A stretch of DNA of 63,363 nucleotides, filler included, from Choristocarpus tenellus KU-1152 (GCA_964200185.2; 9 parts of 9 records of this genome joined end to end with filler, not necessarily neighbours in it); one strand, 5' to 3'; counted from the whole stretch's first letter, positions 13,551 through 26,214 are shown. The notes: generated by a model from the letters alone, not told the origin. A program made the numbers and translations.

Positions 13551-14235
13551 ATTTGTAAACAACGGGATGTCTTGGTCGGTGTCTTCAACATAAAAGTACT
13601 CTTGTCTGTGTGCTTCCTCTACAAAAGGCTTGAGGTCTATGAGCGATAGAGGAACCGCGCCCCCATCTCTACGGTTGGCATTAACTGTGGTAAGGTCGAT
13701 CTGAGCATCGGAGTAGAGAACCTCAAGCTCTGTCATTAGCACCACCTCATCGCTGGAAGGAAATTGGCGCGTAATGCCAGAACGCCTACCTTCAGGGGGC
13801 AATAGTACCCGACAGTCAAGGTTTACCCGACCTGTGGTGCACGCCACGTCCCAAAGCTGGCAGTACAGGTCTGACACGAAGGAGCGCACCTCAGCAGGTG
13901 TCAAGCCCCCTGCATCGCGAATCCTAACAATGAGCTTGTGGCTCACACCTGTAGGAAAGTACCGAGCGAGGAACGGTGGGTAGTGGGAGACGCAAATGAC
14001 ATAGTCGTATGCAGCTCGAATAATGGAGCATGAGACGGAGCATTTCACCAAAGATAGCTTACCTCTGACAGCTGTAGATATGCAGGCATTGTTAACCATC
14101 ACTCGAGGGAAAGTCCCGCCTGGTCTGTCCCTCCGGGGGATAGCAATTTCCAGCATGCCCACTTTGAAAGTGTTGGCATTGGACGATAACGGGGGTCCTG
14201 TCGTTGCGGCAAAACATGTCCTCGCAAGGACCACC
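13551..14235 (-). CDS. Orphan gene, internal exons 14235-14063 and 13948-13551
   Basis: Within the 257-aa ORF: acceptor TACCGCAG at 14236, in-frame 114-bp intron 14062-13949 (G|GTAAGC...TTTCCTACAG), donor GTGAGT at 13550. No recognised domain. Confidence 0.45.
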
Positions 14236-15101
14236 CTGCGGTACAGATAGTAGAAGTACAGTCAATGGACGAGGTAGCACTCTCCATTAGAAGGGTTGCC
14301 ATGACGAATCCAACCCCTCATTCAGACGAGGAGGACCTTCAGATGAATGTATAGTGTTTCGTAGAGATCAAAGTTAATCGACGATAGGGAAGAGAAAGCA
14401 GGTCGCGGTTCGAGGAGATGTGCACCTCGAACATTGTTTTGCTCCAAGTTCGTATTAGACCAGGTCCAATCTCGTACGTGAGAGCGGGAGAGCTTGAAAT
14501 ACGTGTAAGTAAAACCTTAATCAGATGTTTGGACAAGCGAAACTCTGTCTTAGAGGATACGAAACCCCACAAACCGAGGACAAAACCTTCCTCGTCAGGA
14601 ATAGCAGACCAAGACCCGTGATGCAGATCCCTGTGCTGACCACAGAGACTCCACCACTGGATGACGGCATTCTCTCCTCCTTTACTCCGTCATTAGGAAC
14701 TTACACTATTATTATGTATGGGTGTGAGTTTGAAAGTATTGAGTCTTTTACCTCTGACTTGAAACAAATTGCCTATTTTTTTTCACATGTTCTCTTGAGG
14801 AACATCGCACTCTATCTCTGATCTCGATCAATCTGGACGAGAGATTTGCTCAAGTCCGAAAACTGCACGTCACGATGGTCACCATCAGATGCCACGTGAT
14901 CTGTTGCGGTTGCAGGAGGAGTTATCGAGCGGTAAAATTGACTATTGATTCTTCCTTTGGCTCCTTCTCCGACCCCATTTTGTTAAACCGAGCCATCTTG
15001 CAAAGCCTCGCCTCGAGCCTGGGCCCAGGTGTGGATAAGGAAGGTAGCTCAGGTCACTACAACATTCGTTGGTGTCGTTCGCTTGATTGATCTCTATCTT
15101 A

Positions 15102-15653
15102 ATGTCTACAATTAACCCATACGCATTGAAATGCCCTCTTTCTCGGTCAGCCTGGACTTCACTCCTTGGCACAGTTCCCCCTCTTGTGTACTCGCGGTCG
15201 AGGATATGGTGTGGGCCTCTCTCCCTCTATGGTGAAGCGTTTACGCCTCCACTTCCCTTGGCAGAAGATATGGAGTTGGCAGTACTACCTGGGAGCGACG
15301 ACGGAAGTCTCGCCTTCTCCCTGGTGGACACTCAACTCAGCATGCCCCTCTCCCTTGGCTCAATCGACATGATTCCGCCAATGGGGTGGGGACTGGCGAC
15401 GGATTTTATTGATCTCTTTACCACTAAAGGTATCAGCACTCGTCAGGATGGATACTCACCTCGTCAACTTGCTCTTACGGCTCTTTTTGCTGGAGACGTT
15501 GATAGAATCCTTCTCTATCTTGGCCATCTCGAGGGCGAGAATCCCCGAGCACCAAGCCGCACTGACAGGTTCGATGACCCTTGTGCAATCAAGGAACGTG
15601 CACAGAAACGTATCAATTGGGAAATGTCACGGCAGAACCCAGCGAAATTGAAG
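15102..15653 (+). CDS. Orphan coding exon divergent from the 13551-14235 gene
   Basis: 209-aa ORF with globular-looking composition, ending at donor AAG|GTATGT (15654); possible acceptor CCTTAG at 15716. Confidence 0.35.
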
Positions 15654-17250
15654 GTATGTGTGTTCGAATTCTCTGTAATCCATCGTCTGCTGTTACTCTC
15701 AAAACCGCATCCTTAGAACTCGGTCAGAATCCCCTGGCTCATATTCAGAGCCGTGCAAATCCCTTGGTGCTGCCATAGGGGCGTGTTGTGTGCTTGTAAT
15801 CTAGGAATGAGCTAGCGGCCGACACGAAATTTCCCCACCTTGCTCTGAAACACAGTAGTTGAAGATTTGTCGCCTGTGGTATGTTGACCGTAGAGGAGAT
15901 CGTCAGTTGGCGGTCACTACTGTGGTCGTGGCATCAAAAACATGACAGAATTAAACACACCAAAGCTGGAAGAGAGGTCTTGGTATGAACTGCACCCCAA
16001 CCCTGGCCTGCGTCACTCCCTACCTACATGGGTGCTCCTTTGATCACCCTCTCCCTAACATAGTCAGTATCATGGTTTCATTCAATACTAACAGGATATG
16101 GAAGCCCCATTATGGACACCTGCCTATGGCCCAGACAATTTTGATGACGGCTTTGGCGACCTAGAGGATGATGAGGCAAGAAGAGGCAATGAGAAAAGTT
16201 CCCATGACCAACAGGGCTAAGCATTCGATCATTGGCTATGCTCAAGTAGAGGATGGGGAAGGGGAGAGGGGTAAGAGTCATTGCTGTGGGATGGCTATAC
16301 CCTGGATACTACATTTCCTCGTTTCCTGCATAGCTGCTTCTGTTTTGGTCCCCTTCCACACTTCTTGGCAGTGGAAACTGTCTATCTCGTCTACCTTTTG
16401 TTCTTTTTCATAGCTTGCCTGGGTCTCCCAAGAATACATATCTAGAATTAGTTTGGTCCGGATGTGGGCTGAAGATCTTGTGAAGGAGTGACTGAAATCA
16501 ATTAGTAAAGATTGTGAATATGGGAATGTTGCATCTGGATGCTTATTGGAGAGTATTTGACACACCCAGAGCCTTTTTTCCCTTTTTTGCAGATAACCCA
16601 CCACCATGCAATATACTGCAGGGCACCCTGTTCTCTTTGGTACTTCAACCTCCTTCTTTCACCTTAACCTTCTCACCTGTACCTTGAAATATGTTGTCTG
16701 CTGACCTCGCGTATGATGCAACTAGGAGTGTACCCCAGGAAGCACTAACAGCGGTAGTGTCCCACAAAACATGTGGAGTGAGGAGCCATCTGCCCTGGTT
16801 GGAAGGTCTGAGAGGGGAGGGGGCCAGTCTACGGCACTGTTGGAGACTATCCGTCGCCTTCTGGTGGTGCTGAGGGGAGGAGATGAGGGGATCAAAAGTG
16901 GTTGCAAGGGAAAAACTAGGGCTGGAGGCGAAGAGACTGTGGGGAAAAGTGGGGTGGGAAATCTCTGCTTCAGAACCGGGGAGGGGAGTGAGAGGGACCA
17001 TCGTAAGTGTCAGCCTGGCAGAAAGGGCAGGGAGGGAGGGGAAATGGACAGGTTAGGGGTTGATAGTACCATGGTGGAGGATGAGGGGGGGGTTAAGGCA
17101 GAGGAAGCTGAAAGGGTGGCGACTGCAGAGGCAGAGGTACTAGGGAGCTCATGCCTGCTGGGACTGTGCCGACAATACCTCTTTGGTGTTAACTGGCGGT
17201 TGGTATCTTCACACCGATCCTTTTACACTGCTCTCCTCCGCCTGCTGAAG

Positions 17251-17350
17251 NNNNNNNNNNNNNNNNNNNNNNNNNNNNNNNNNNNNNNNNNNNNTTAATT
17301 AATTAANNNNNNNNNNNNNNNNNNNNNNNNNNNNNNNNNNNNNNNNNNNN
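17251..17350. other. Artificial contig spacer
   Basis: 44 N + TTAATTAATTAA + 44 N. Confidence 0.98.
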
Positions 17351-17749
17351 GGGGGGGGTGGTGGTGGTTCAAACCAACGTAAATAAAAAACATTTTTTTT
17401 TCCCCCTACAATCTTGATTTTTTTTTTTGCTATATATGAACAGCCTAAAAATTGTCACTACCTTTTTTCAATGCCTGTCTTCTTGAGTCTGGCTCTCAAT
17501 CAAGGCTTCAGGATTTTCGGGTCTACTTTGCAGAAAGGTAGTGCAGTGCTACATGTTTCGTTGATTCATAATTTAAATTCATAATTTAAACTTCAACGAG
17601 AAAAAACAAAAAAAAACATTTGACCGACTGCCAGCTCAACATTCAGCAACAACAAAAACAACAAAAGAGTTTGACGACATACTCCTCTCCTTCCTCTGGA
17701 GGGACTTTACTCAAAAGGTGTATGTTGTACCATACATGACATGCTGAAA

Positions 17750-18033
17750 ATACTACACAACACAACATAACACCTGCTGGTGATTGCGAGAGCTACACTA
17801 CACTACACAACAGAACACAACACAGCACAGCATAACACCTGCTGGTGACTGTGAGAGCTACATAACACAACGCAACACAACATCTGCTGGTGACTGCGAG
17901 AGCTACATAACACAACACAGCACAGCATAGCGTCTGCTGGTGACTGCGAGAGCTACATAACATAACATAACATAACACAACACAGCATAACACCTGCTGG
18001 TGACTGCGAGAGCTACATAACACAACACAACAC
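17750..18033 (-). repeat. Intronic minisatellite: five copies of a 27-bp exon-end/splice-donor unit separated by variable pentamer runs
   Basis: CACCTGCTGGTGACTGCGAGAGCTACA-like units at 17771, 17836, 17881, 17931 and 17991, separated by ACACA/ACATA/GCACA pentamers. Confidence 0.9.
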
Positions 18034-19172
18034 CTGCTGGCAGCTGTGAGCGTGATGCCAATGCCGGCAGCAGTGAGACCTAGAAGAGCAATTCGCAGCT
18101 GAGGCCTGCTTTGAAACCTTTCCACCAGCACCTGGCGATCCTTCGCCTAGATTTAGAAATACCCCCCCCCCCAAACAAGAGCAGACAAGATTTTTGCCAG
18201 GTTTTGTATTCAATGGGATGAAGATCGAGGGTTGTCTTGTGGAGTGTCTCGTGTATTCAAAACATTCAAGTGGAAGAGTATTTGTTCTGAAAGCGACGCT
18301 TATTTTCTTGCCGTATCTCACTCTTCAAGTCTTTAAAGTCTTGTATGTTGTTGCTGCCTCATGCGTCAGGGGGGGGGGGGTTGTATAACAAAAGGTGAGG
18401 CGTGTTGAGCTGACAAGAGGATCTCTTCGACTATTAGCAACACTGTTTCAATCAATAATATTAAAAACAGTATTGATGTTATTCCAGTTTTCCCAGAAGC
18501 AATGTCATTTTGATATCACCGAATAACTTTGACCATACTGAATTTATTTTTTTAACTCCTATTTTTGAAAAATATAGTCAGGGCTTGCTAAATTTGCGTA
18601 TCATTATACTGCATCACCTTTACTACTCAGGAAAGCTACAATCAGCACATTGCTGAAAAAACCTATCTGTATCATATATATGGACACTCACCAGAGCACA
18701 GCACAAACCAAATGTTGAAGTTTCCATCTTACCTCCCAAGATGTCAATACTACACAGCATATCCCTAACATTAACATATATATATATATATATATTTACG
18801 TATTAATATACCTCATATCGTTAAAAATGAATATCTTAATGTCAAAACTACAATGTATACACAACCCCCCCCCCATAAAAACACACCTCCCACTGCCAAC
18901 ATTGTACCTCTAAATGGCACCACAACACATTTCAAAGCAGTGCATTCACAAAAGATCAAAATATACCTCTTCCTGTCAACAAAGTACCTATGTACGAATA
19001 CCAAAAATGTCTACTATCCCCTAACCCTACCTTAGTTCGTCCATCGATACGGATGTACTCAATGCCTCCATTCTTGAGCACCCCTTTATCCAAAGCGTCC
19101 AGAACGTTCTTGTGGTGAGCAAACACCAAAACCTTACCAGACATTTTATCCAACATGATATCCTGTACGTGC
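18034..19172 (-). CDS. SNF2-family annealing helicase (SMARCAL1/HARP or ZRANB3-like), two C-terminal helicase-domain exons (19172-19031, 18146-18034)
   Basis: HVQDIMLDKMSGKVLVFAHHKNVLDAL...YIRIDGRTK | AKDRQVLVERFQSRPQLRIALLGLTAAGIGITLTAASR matches SMARCAL1-type motifs (KFLVFAHH, IRIDG, TAAxxGLTLTAA). Phase-0 GT-AG intron. Confidence 0.85.
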
Positions 19173-19199
19173 CTGCACTTTCATATATAAACATGTAGC

Positions 19200-19340
19200 A
19201 CACACATAATACAATAATAAATAAACCATAATATGATACACACATAATACAATAATAAACAAACCACAATATGATACACACATACACACAATAATAAACA
19301 AACCACAATATGATACACACATACACAAAATAATAAATAC
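19200..19340. repeat. ~38-bp AC-rich minisatellite, about 4 copies
   Basis: ACACATAATACAATAATAAACAAACCACAATATGATAC repeated. Confidence 0.8.
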
Positions 19341-20468
19341 ACCCTTGTGAGCACACCCACAAAAACAAACAAACAAACAAGTAGCTTCAAATGTAAAAGA
19401 GTTGACACACACACGAACAGCATAGCATACTTGAAAATAAATAAAAACAAACGCACAATAGTAAGAACAATAAAAAATAAAAATAGTACAGATATTTTGT
19501 ATCCACTTTTTTTTTTCTTCCTCTTCAGGTTCCTGTCCGTTGTCAGAATCAGGCAATGTTACCTTCAGTATTACCCCCAGTATCGAACCAGAACAATAAA
19601 ACAAATAAAAAAAACAATAAAACAAACATACACCTTTCAGAGAACCAGCAAAATAAATCCAAAGCATGACAAAACATGGTGTGTATTTAATAATATTTTT
19701 TGAAAGTGGTATCATTTTCCACACAGATGTTGTTGTTGTTGTTACATATGGAATAACCCTAACCCTAACAATAAAACACACCAATTCTTTCAGGTAAAAA
19801 AAAAAACCACTGAAAAAAAGTATTTTTTTAGTATTTTATTTAAAAGACCTAAATCGATGCCAACCGAAAAAATAATTTCAAACACTTTTTTTTTTTTCTT
19901 AAAGGAGAGTATTATATTCACTCTGTTAAATAAAAAAATCAAAAGAAAAAAACAAGAAAGCAAGCAGTACCTTTCAAAACACGACGAATTCTTGATGTAA
20001 TAAATAAGGTACAAGTAAGCTAAAAACACACATATTAAGGTACAGTTGCCTGAAAACAAACACAAACACAAACCCTAACCCTAAGTAGATCCGAATCGAA
20101 AGATGCACCAACACGCGCGTGAGAGGAAGATAAGCCAATCAAATCATGTTGATTCGATGAATGGAAACAATTTGATCGATAACCATTCACAACACACACA
20201 CAAGACAAGCCAGAACACTAGAGGGAGCATTGAGGCACTTGAATCCAACAACGACAATCACGCCATTTCATCACAACCCCCCCAGTTGGCGTGATTGTAT
20301 TGAAAGGTGACCTTTCCACACGTCCGAGGTCATACACCTATAAAAAAAATGAAATACTTTTTTATTATTAATAATAAAACAATTTTCGTTAGCAGTATTC
20401 TAAATAGGGTTTCAGAATAGATGGCGGTGCTTGTATGACTAAGAAAAAAAAGTTAACTTTGCCCCCCC

Positions 20469-20568
20469 NNNNNNNNNNNNNNNNNNNNNNNNNNNNNNNN
20501 NNNNNNNNNNNNTTAATTAATTAANNNNNNNNNNNNNNNNNNNNNNNNNNNNNNNNNNNNNNNNNNNN
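20469..20568. other. Artificial contig spacer
   Basis: 44 N + TTAATTAATTAA + 44 N. Confidence 0.98.
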
Positions 20569-22368
20569 CGGGGTTAACCCAAAAAAACTGGTGGCCGCTC
20601 AAGGAGGTGGGGCCACGGGGTCCTGGGTAGGGTTGAGGGGGGGGGGGGGAGTGTTCTGGGACCTAGGAAAGCAAGGCAGGACCCCCTTGTGTTGTGCACA
20701 TATTTCATGTGTGTGTATATACGTGCCAGAGATGCAAGACGAGACATAGCTTTGTTATTACTTCCTTTTTTCATTTGATTGTCCATACAAGAAGGAAAAA
20801 TGGAGTGTAAGAAGCTGCAGTTATACTCAAGCATTGTCATAATGATAGTACTATCTGGCAATCGTATACTACACCTTCCTTCGCGTAGAGAGCTGCTATT
20901 CCTGAAATAAAATATTGTGTGTTCTACCTTACTGTCGATAGCTGAATAGTCTACAACAATATGCATACACACATTCTTATAAATGATCAGTTGGTAAGTT
21001 TGTGGAAGTGAACTGCACAGGCAATGATTCTACATAGCGGTTCATATACACCACTATGCACTTGAAGTCCTCGATGAAAGTCCTAGACAATATATGCATC
21101 AGACTTGTTGGCTTCTTCCATATTTCTTGTCACTGTCAGAACCACCTATGGTCCCTTTTCAGTCTGTTTATGCTCTTCATCCGATCATAGGAAGCAATAA
21201 CCAGAGTGAAAGATCCAGCAACATAGTAGGCATGACCACTTTTCATGCTTCGTCTATGGCATGCGCTCTTGGGCATTGAGCCCGCTACACTATCGCGACT
21301 AGGTGAGTCAACTTGCTGCTCAAACAACATCATGTATGTTAAGGGATATGTTGGTGCATGGACTCCTTCAGTTCCACGTTTGTACACATCGTGTTCTGTA
21401 TTGAATGAGAAAAAAATCAAGAGAACTGGAATGTGATGCAGATGCTTTGCGATCTATCAACTGCTCAGCGTAAGAAATACTGCTGTTGTATATATTGTTA
21501 TTGTTTCTAAATTGGTTATGCTGTTGTGTGGACTAAGAAGTAACAATAGCTGTGCAATTAATTGCTAATCATGCAACTTGCAAACCAGTGCAAAGAGAGG
21601 GACTATGAACAAACGAAATGTATTAACAGCAAAATCCAAGTAGTAGTCATAACTAAGAATGTGGCGGACAATAAACACTAATCACTGGAAGTACTATAAC
21701 ACGTACGGTAGAAGACTATCTGCTGACTTCAGTCAGGTTCTCTCCACCGTAATGAGTAAGAGGAAGGGGCTCGGGTAAGTACCTGAGACCATATATACAA
21801 AGAATAATAATAAATGGACTGAGAAACAGTATGAGTTCTTTGGAGAAACAAACAATCCAACCCCAACTTACAAGGCAATCACACTCTACTGCCTGACCTA
21901 CTTGGAAAAACAAGACAACGCATGGCTCAAGTTCACTCGTTCTATGACGTTAGTGATGACAAGAAAAAAAAAAAAATCTACCTCCAATTATGCACAATAA
22001 TGAATTCTTACCACACACTATCCAATACACATCTTTTTTAAAAATAGTGCGCTCAACCATGTAATATAACCCTTTCTACCATCCTGAGTAATACTGCAAC
22101 AGGATCCAAGGACAACCAACTTGACCAGGGATTTCTAGAAAGATGATGGCAGTATCGTCCTCTTCAAGGCGGGCTCAGCTTCGTACCATAGCGAACGAGA
22201 TGCGCACCCATGCCCATCGGCATCGACACATTTTATCAACACCAAACACTTTTCAAACAACGAAGAAAGGTGGACAAACCAACATTGGTTGCTGTTCACT
22301 CCAATTACGTACCTAACTCCGGACCATCACGCATCTGTCCTGCAGCAAATAGACTCCATATCGTCGAA

Positions 22369-23592
22369 CTACTGCTTGGTGAACTTGGGATATGCTACGT
22401 GGAGTCCTGCTGGTTTGACCATCCCTTCGAGTGACTGGTCAAACAAAACCCCAAACTTCAGTCGCTGTAGCCGTCCCGGCCATACCACCCCTCCCACCGG
22501 CTGGTTGAAGTTTCTTCCAAACGTTAGCTGCTCGAGCCCTGTCGGCCAAGACACTCCAGCCACAGCTTGATTGAAGCACCTCCCAAACGTAATCTGCTGG
22601 AGTCCTGCCGGCCATGCTACCCTTTCCACAGGCTGATCGAAGAAAAATCCAAACGTTAGCTCCCGGAGTCCCTCTGGCCACATCACCCCCTCTACCTCCT
22701 TCCTAAAATACACCCCGAAGGATAGGCTCTCTAGCCCTCTTGGCCACAATACCCTTTCCAACTCCTTGTTAAAGAACGCCCCAAATGTTAGTTGCCTAAG
22801 CCCTGCTGGCCACTTCACCCTCTCCACATCCTGGTTAAAGAGTTTTCCGAACGTTAGCTGCTGAAGGCCCGAAGGTAGTACCAGTCCATTGACCGCCTGA
22901 TTAAAGGCTGCTCCGAACGTCAGCTTCTTGAGGCGGGTAGGCCAAACAACCGCTACAATTGGCTGGTCAAATTTCCTCCCAAACTCCAGCGCTTCAAGTC
23001 CTTCGGGCCATTCCACCCCTTCCAACGCCTGATCAAAGGAGGCACCGAAGGTGAGCTGGAGGAGGCCTGGTGGCCATTGCACTCTGTCTACCCCTCGATT
23101 GAAGCCTCCTCCGAAGGTCAGGCGTTGGAGACTGTTTGGCCACAGGATATCATCCACCGCAACGTTGAAGTCATCTCCGAAAGTCAACTCGTGAAGGCTT
23201 GCTGGCCACACCATCCCATCAAGAGGCTGACTAATTTTGCTTAGTGGACAAACCACAGTATTGGTGCGTTCTTGAAGGGTCCCCTTAGTCTCCTCATAGT
23301 TTATGGTTTGGTTGTCGATCCCCTTGAATGTTAGACCCTCAATTTCCCAGGTCATTGTTTGAGGACGGAGAAGTGGTACACATGATACACCGCTCCCATC
23401 GGTCCCTCTCTCATGGATCATGGCCTCGAAGAGAAGGCTAGGCATCTCCTTTGTGACCCGTACATGGAATCCGACCACTTCCCGACATCCCACGCACAAC
23501 CCCATGTCTACTCGTTGGAGCTCTTTGATGTCTGTTAGCCGCAGCCACCCTGAGTTACGCACTATTGAAAGTACGGTATGGGTTTGGCTCAT
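22369..23592 (-). CDS. FNIP-repeat (LRR-like) protein, intronless, 407 aa
   Basis: Twelve full and one partial 22-aa repeats, consensus F[ND]QxVxxVxWPxGLxxLTFGxx, after a ~115-aa N-terminal region. Confidence 0.9.
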   Translation of the reverse strand: MSQTHTVLSIVRNSGWLRLTDIKELQRVDMGLCVGCREVVGFHVRVTKEMPSLLFEAMIHERGTDGSGVSCVPLLRPQTMTWEIEGLTFKGIDNQTINYEETKGTLQERTNTVVCPLSKISQPLDGMVWPASLHELTFGDDFNVAVDDILWPNSLQRLTFGGGFNRGVDRVQWPPGLLQLTFGASFDQALEGVEWPEGLEALEFGRKFDQPIVAVVWPTRLKKLTFGAAFNQAVNGLVLPSGLQQLTFGKLFNQDVERVKWPAGLRQLTFGAFFNKELERVLWPRGLESLSFGVYFRKEVEGVMWPEGLRELTFGFFFDQPVERVAWPAGLQQITFGRCFNQAVAGVSWPTGLEQLTFGRNFNQPVGGVVWPGRLQRLKFGVLFDQSLEGMVKPAGLHVAYPKFTKQ

Positions 23593-24944
23593 TCCTAGTT
23601 GGAGCAGCGCAATTGTGGAGTCTTCCTAGATTCGAAGGTGTAAATGTCAGCTGACGGTGCGGACTCGGAGGTGTTGGAACTGAAGTGGATGTTTCGTACA
23701 ATGGAGTATTACCTAGTTCTTGAAAGTAAGAGATATAGGTATTATTTTGTCATTACTGTGTATGGTCTCGACATTTTGGTGGTTGTTGTAGTTTATGGGT
23801 GTTGTGTGGTGTTGTTCTTGCTGTTCTTATTGCTGTTGTTGAATGATGTCTTTTTGGATCTTTACTGCTCACTCCGTAAAAAATTGATTTGTGGTGAGGT
23901 GAATTGTGTGGAGGTTTCACCAACATTGATTTTGTATTTGGTGACCTATCGTAAGTTATCTCAGTAATCTCCAATCTCTGGTTTCCTTGAACATTGTGTG
24001 TATCTTTGTCCCTCCTGACATTTTCCATTTTGATCATGGCCGGAAAAATTTAACATCATACATATAATTGTAAACAGTAAGAAATGGGGGTAGTGTATTG
24101 TATATACCAATATGTTTTTGTATTTTTATAATATTATTTCCTATGGGTTAGTGAAGGTAGTAGTAGGGTAGGGTATTCAGCATAGTGGACGTTATGTTAT
24201 GTATTGGAAAAAATCCTTGGTGGTATGTACGAAGGACTTGCATCGTTGAAGGGTATATGCATCGAGTCACATCAACTTCCAATTTTCCAAGTTACCAGTT
24301 AACTGGAAAATTTCCAGATTGAATTGGTTGACCTACAGTCGGGCTAATGGTTCCATTTGCAAACGTTGAATGGGGGATGGCGATTTTATATACACATCCA
24401 TATTTTCTATATACTCGAAAGTATATGATATTGACACCATGGCTATGGTTGGGGATCGCGTATTGCCATGAAGCCATCTCATTGACAGATTCAGTAGGTC
24501 ACTTTCTTTCAGAACATAGAACACTCTCTTGTGGAAATCTCTTTTCGAAAACTACTTTGTTTATTGTTATAGCGTATTTGAGAGTCTAGGTCTCCCGGTC
24601 TAACATTGAGATTGGATGATCGTGTTGGTGGATTGGTGTTCCCTTAGTCCACATTTACCTCCTTACAGCTCAGTGTTCTATTATGTGTATGTTGGTTGAG
24701 GTATGAACGAATATTTTTTTCTTGCTATCAAGGAACTGCTACTGATATTATTGTGGGCACGTAAGGACCTTGCACACCCTTGGGATTCTTCTCTTGGTCC
24801 TCAACAACATTATTTTTACTATTTTATTATTATGCGCTCTGACATTTTGCAGATGTGTTACGGGAAACGTCGATTCAATATCATAACGACCCCTGTAAAT
24901 GTAAGAATTGTCGTAAGTAGGACAAGGCTGGAACAATTAATAAG

Positions 24945-25239
24945 TCATATAACCTGTACACCTTCGCGGTGGAAAGTTTTGGGCGCCTTGGCAAGCAAGC
25001 GGAATGCCTCCTGGATGAGCTGGCTACTCACATGGTGGGGGGGAGAAGAACTGGAGGAATTGGTACAAAAAGGAGTAGTCAAATCCCGGCTACGCCAAAT
25101 TGTCTCGGTGACTACGCAAGTGGCACTGTCTAGACGTGTCGTGCGTTTTAACCTAGAGTCACCAGGGAGATGGGCACGGAGGGGTTTACTGGATTCTTGG
25201 GATGCCTCCCTAGCTCCTCCTCCCGGGGAGCAGGAGTAG
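24945..25239 (+). mobile_element. 5'-truncated 3' end of a CRE-like (RLE-type) non-LTR retrotransposon
   Basis: SYNLYTFAVESFGRLGKQAECLLDELATHMVGG, a frameshift in a G run, then KGVVKSRLRQIVSVTTQVALSRRV. Matches the C-terminal 'AxExxGxxG...QxISV..Q' pattern of CRE-clade ORFs. Confidence 0.65.
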
Positions 25240-25550
25240 GTATATTGGAAGCACAGGAAGGCAGTAGTACAATATTGATAGTGGTGAAGTAACAAATGGA
25301 TTAGTGTTTTTCACATTTATAACGTTTTATTTCTTTAGGGCTTATACTGACATATGTATAGTTTTCAATTGTTTTCCCCCTGACACATCTGCAAAATGTC
25401 AGAGGGCATAATAATAAAATTATTAAGTCTTCTAATTTTCCCTCCACAACCCTAACCCTTATTTTCTCTCCACAGGCAAACGTGGAAAACAGTAGAAGGA
25501 AATAATTGACGCATATTTTTTGTCAGTATTTTGCATTTTTAACTTTCATT

Positions 25551-25588
25551 TTAGGATTAGGGTTAGGGTTAGGGTTAGGGTTAGGGTT
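25551..25588 (+). repeat. Interstitial telomere-like (TTAGGG)n
   Basis: TTAGGA followed by five TTAGGG units. Confidence 0.85.
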
Positions 25589-26114
25589 TGAAAATCTCAC
25601 ATTACAAGTAGGAGTAGGGTTTCCCCAATAAACTTGGACGCAATGTGATGCTTGGCAGTAGTTCCTGTATTTGCCACTTTGAAGGTCAAACTGACACATA
25701 GACCCCACACTTCCACACAGAAGAATGTATTATGTTCAGGAAGGTAGAAAGCCTCTTTCTACACTGGCAGGCATCAGTCACCTATGGCACAGCCAACCAC
25801 TTCCCCCCAGGCATAGCTCGCCCTTCCCCTTTTTCCCCAGGTGCTGCCTCTCATCCTCTTTCCCCTCAGGTAGAGTACTCCCATAGGGCTTGCCTTTCCT
25901 CCAGGTGCTGCGCTGTGGCTACTTAGTAGCAGATCTCCTCCTTCACCCTCCAGCAACAGCTCCCTCGGGTTTACAAGAAGAAGAGTCACTTCTCCAGGGG
26001 TCCTTTCTTTCCTATTGCTCCTGGAGCGCAGTGGCTATACCATCTTGTAGTATCTCCCCTCCTCTTCCCCCCCAAGCGTACCTCCCCCTGTTACCCATGT
26101 GCAGAGCCTGGTGT

Positions 26115-26214
26115 NNNNNNNNNNNNNNNNNNNNNNNNNNNNNNNNNNNNNNNNNNNNTTAATTAATTAANNNNNNNNNNNNNNNNNNNNNNNNNNNNNN
26201 NNNNNNNNNNNNNN
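26115..26214. other. Artificial contig spacer
   Basis: 44 N + TTAATTAATTAA + 44 N. Confidence 0.98.

Noticed and set aside
13745-14140. Apparent repeat PPEG...FPSSD in two frames
   Set aside because: The second occurrence is out of frame with the splice-supported ORF and DNA similarity is weak; probably chance.
17771-18033. CRISPR-like pattern of 27-bp constant repeats with variable spacers
   Set aside because: Spacers are simple pentamer runs, the repeat derives from the adjacent exon end, the context is a eukaryotic intron, and no cas genes are present.
19027-20071. Long hydrophobic ORFs (up to 212 aa)
   Set aside because: Translations of AC/GT-rich intronic low-complexity DNA and a minisatellite.
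25551-25588. True chromosome end
   Set aside because: Only about six units, flanked by unique sequence on both sides: interstitial.
20569-26114. Giant-virus endogenous element around the FNIP gene
   Set aside because: No viral core genes (capsid, polymerase, packaging ATPase) or dense intronless gene array seen on this contig.
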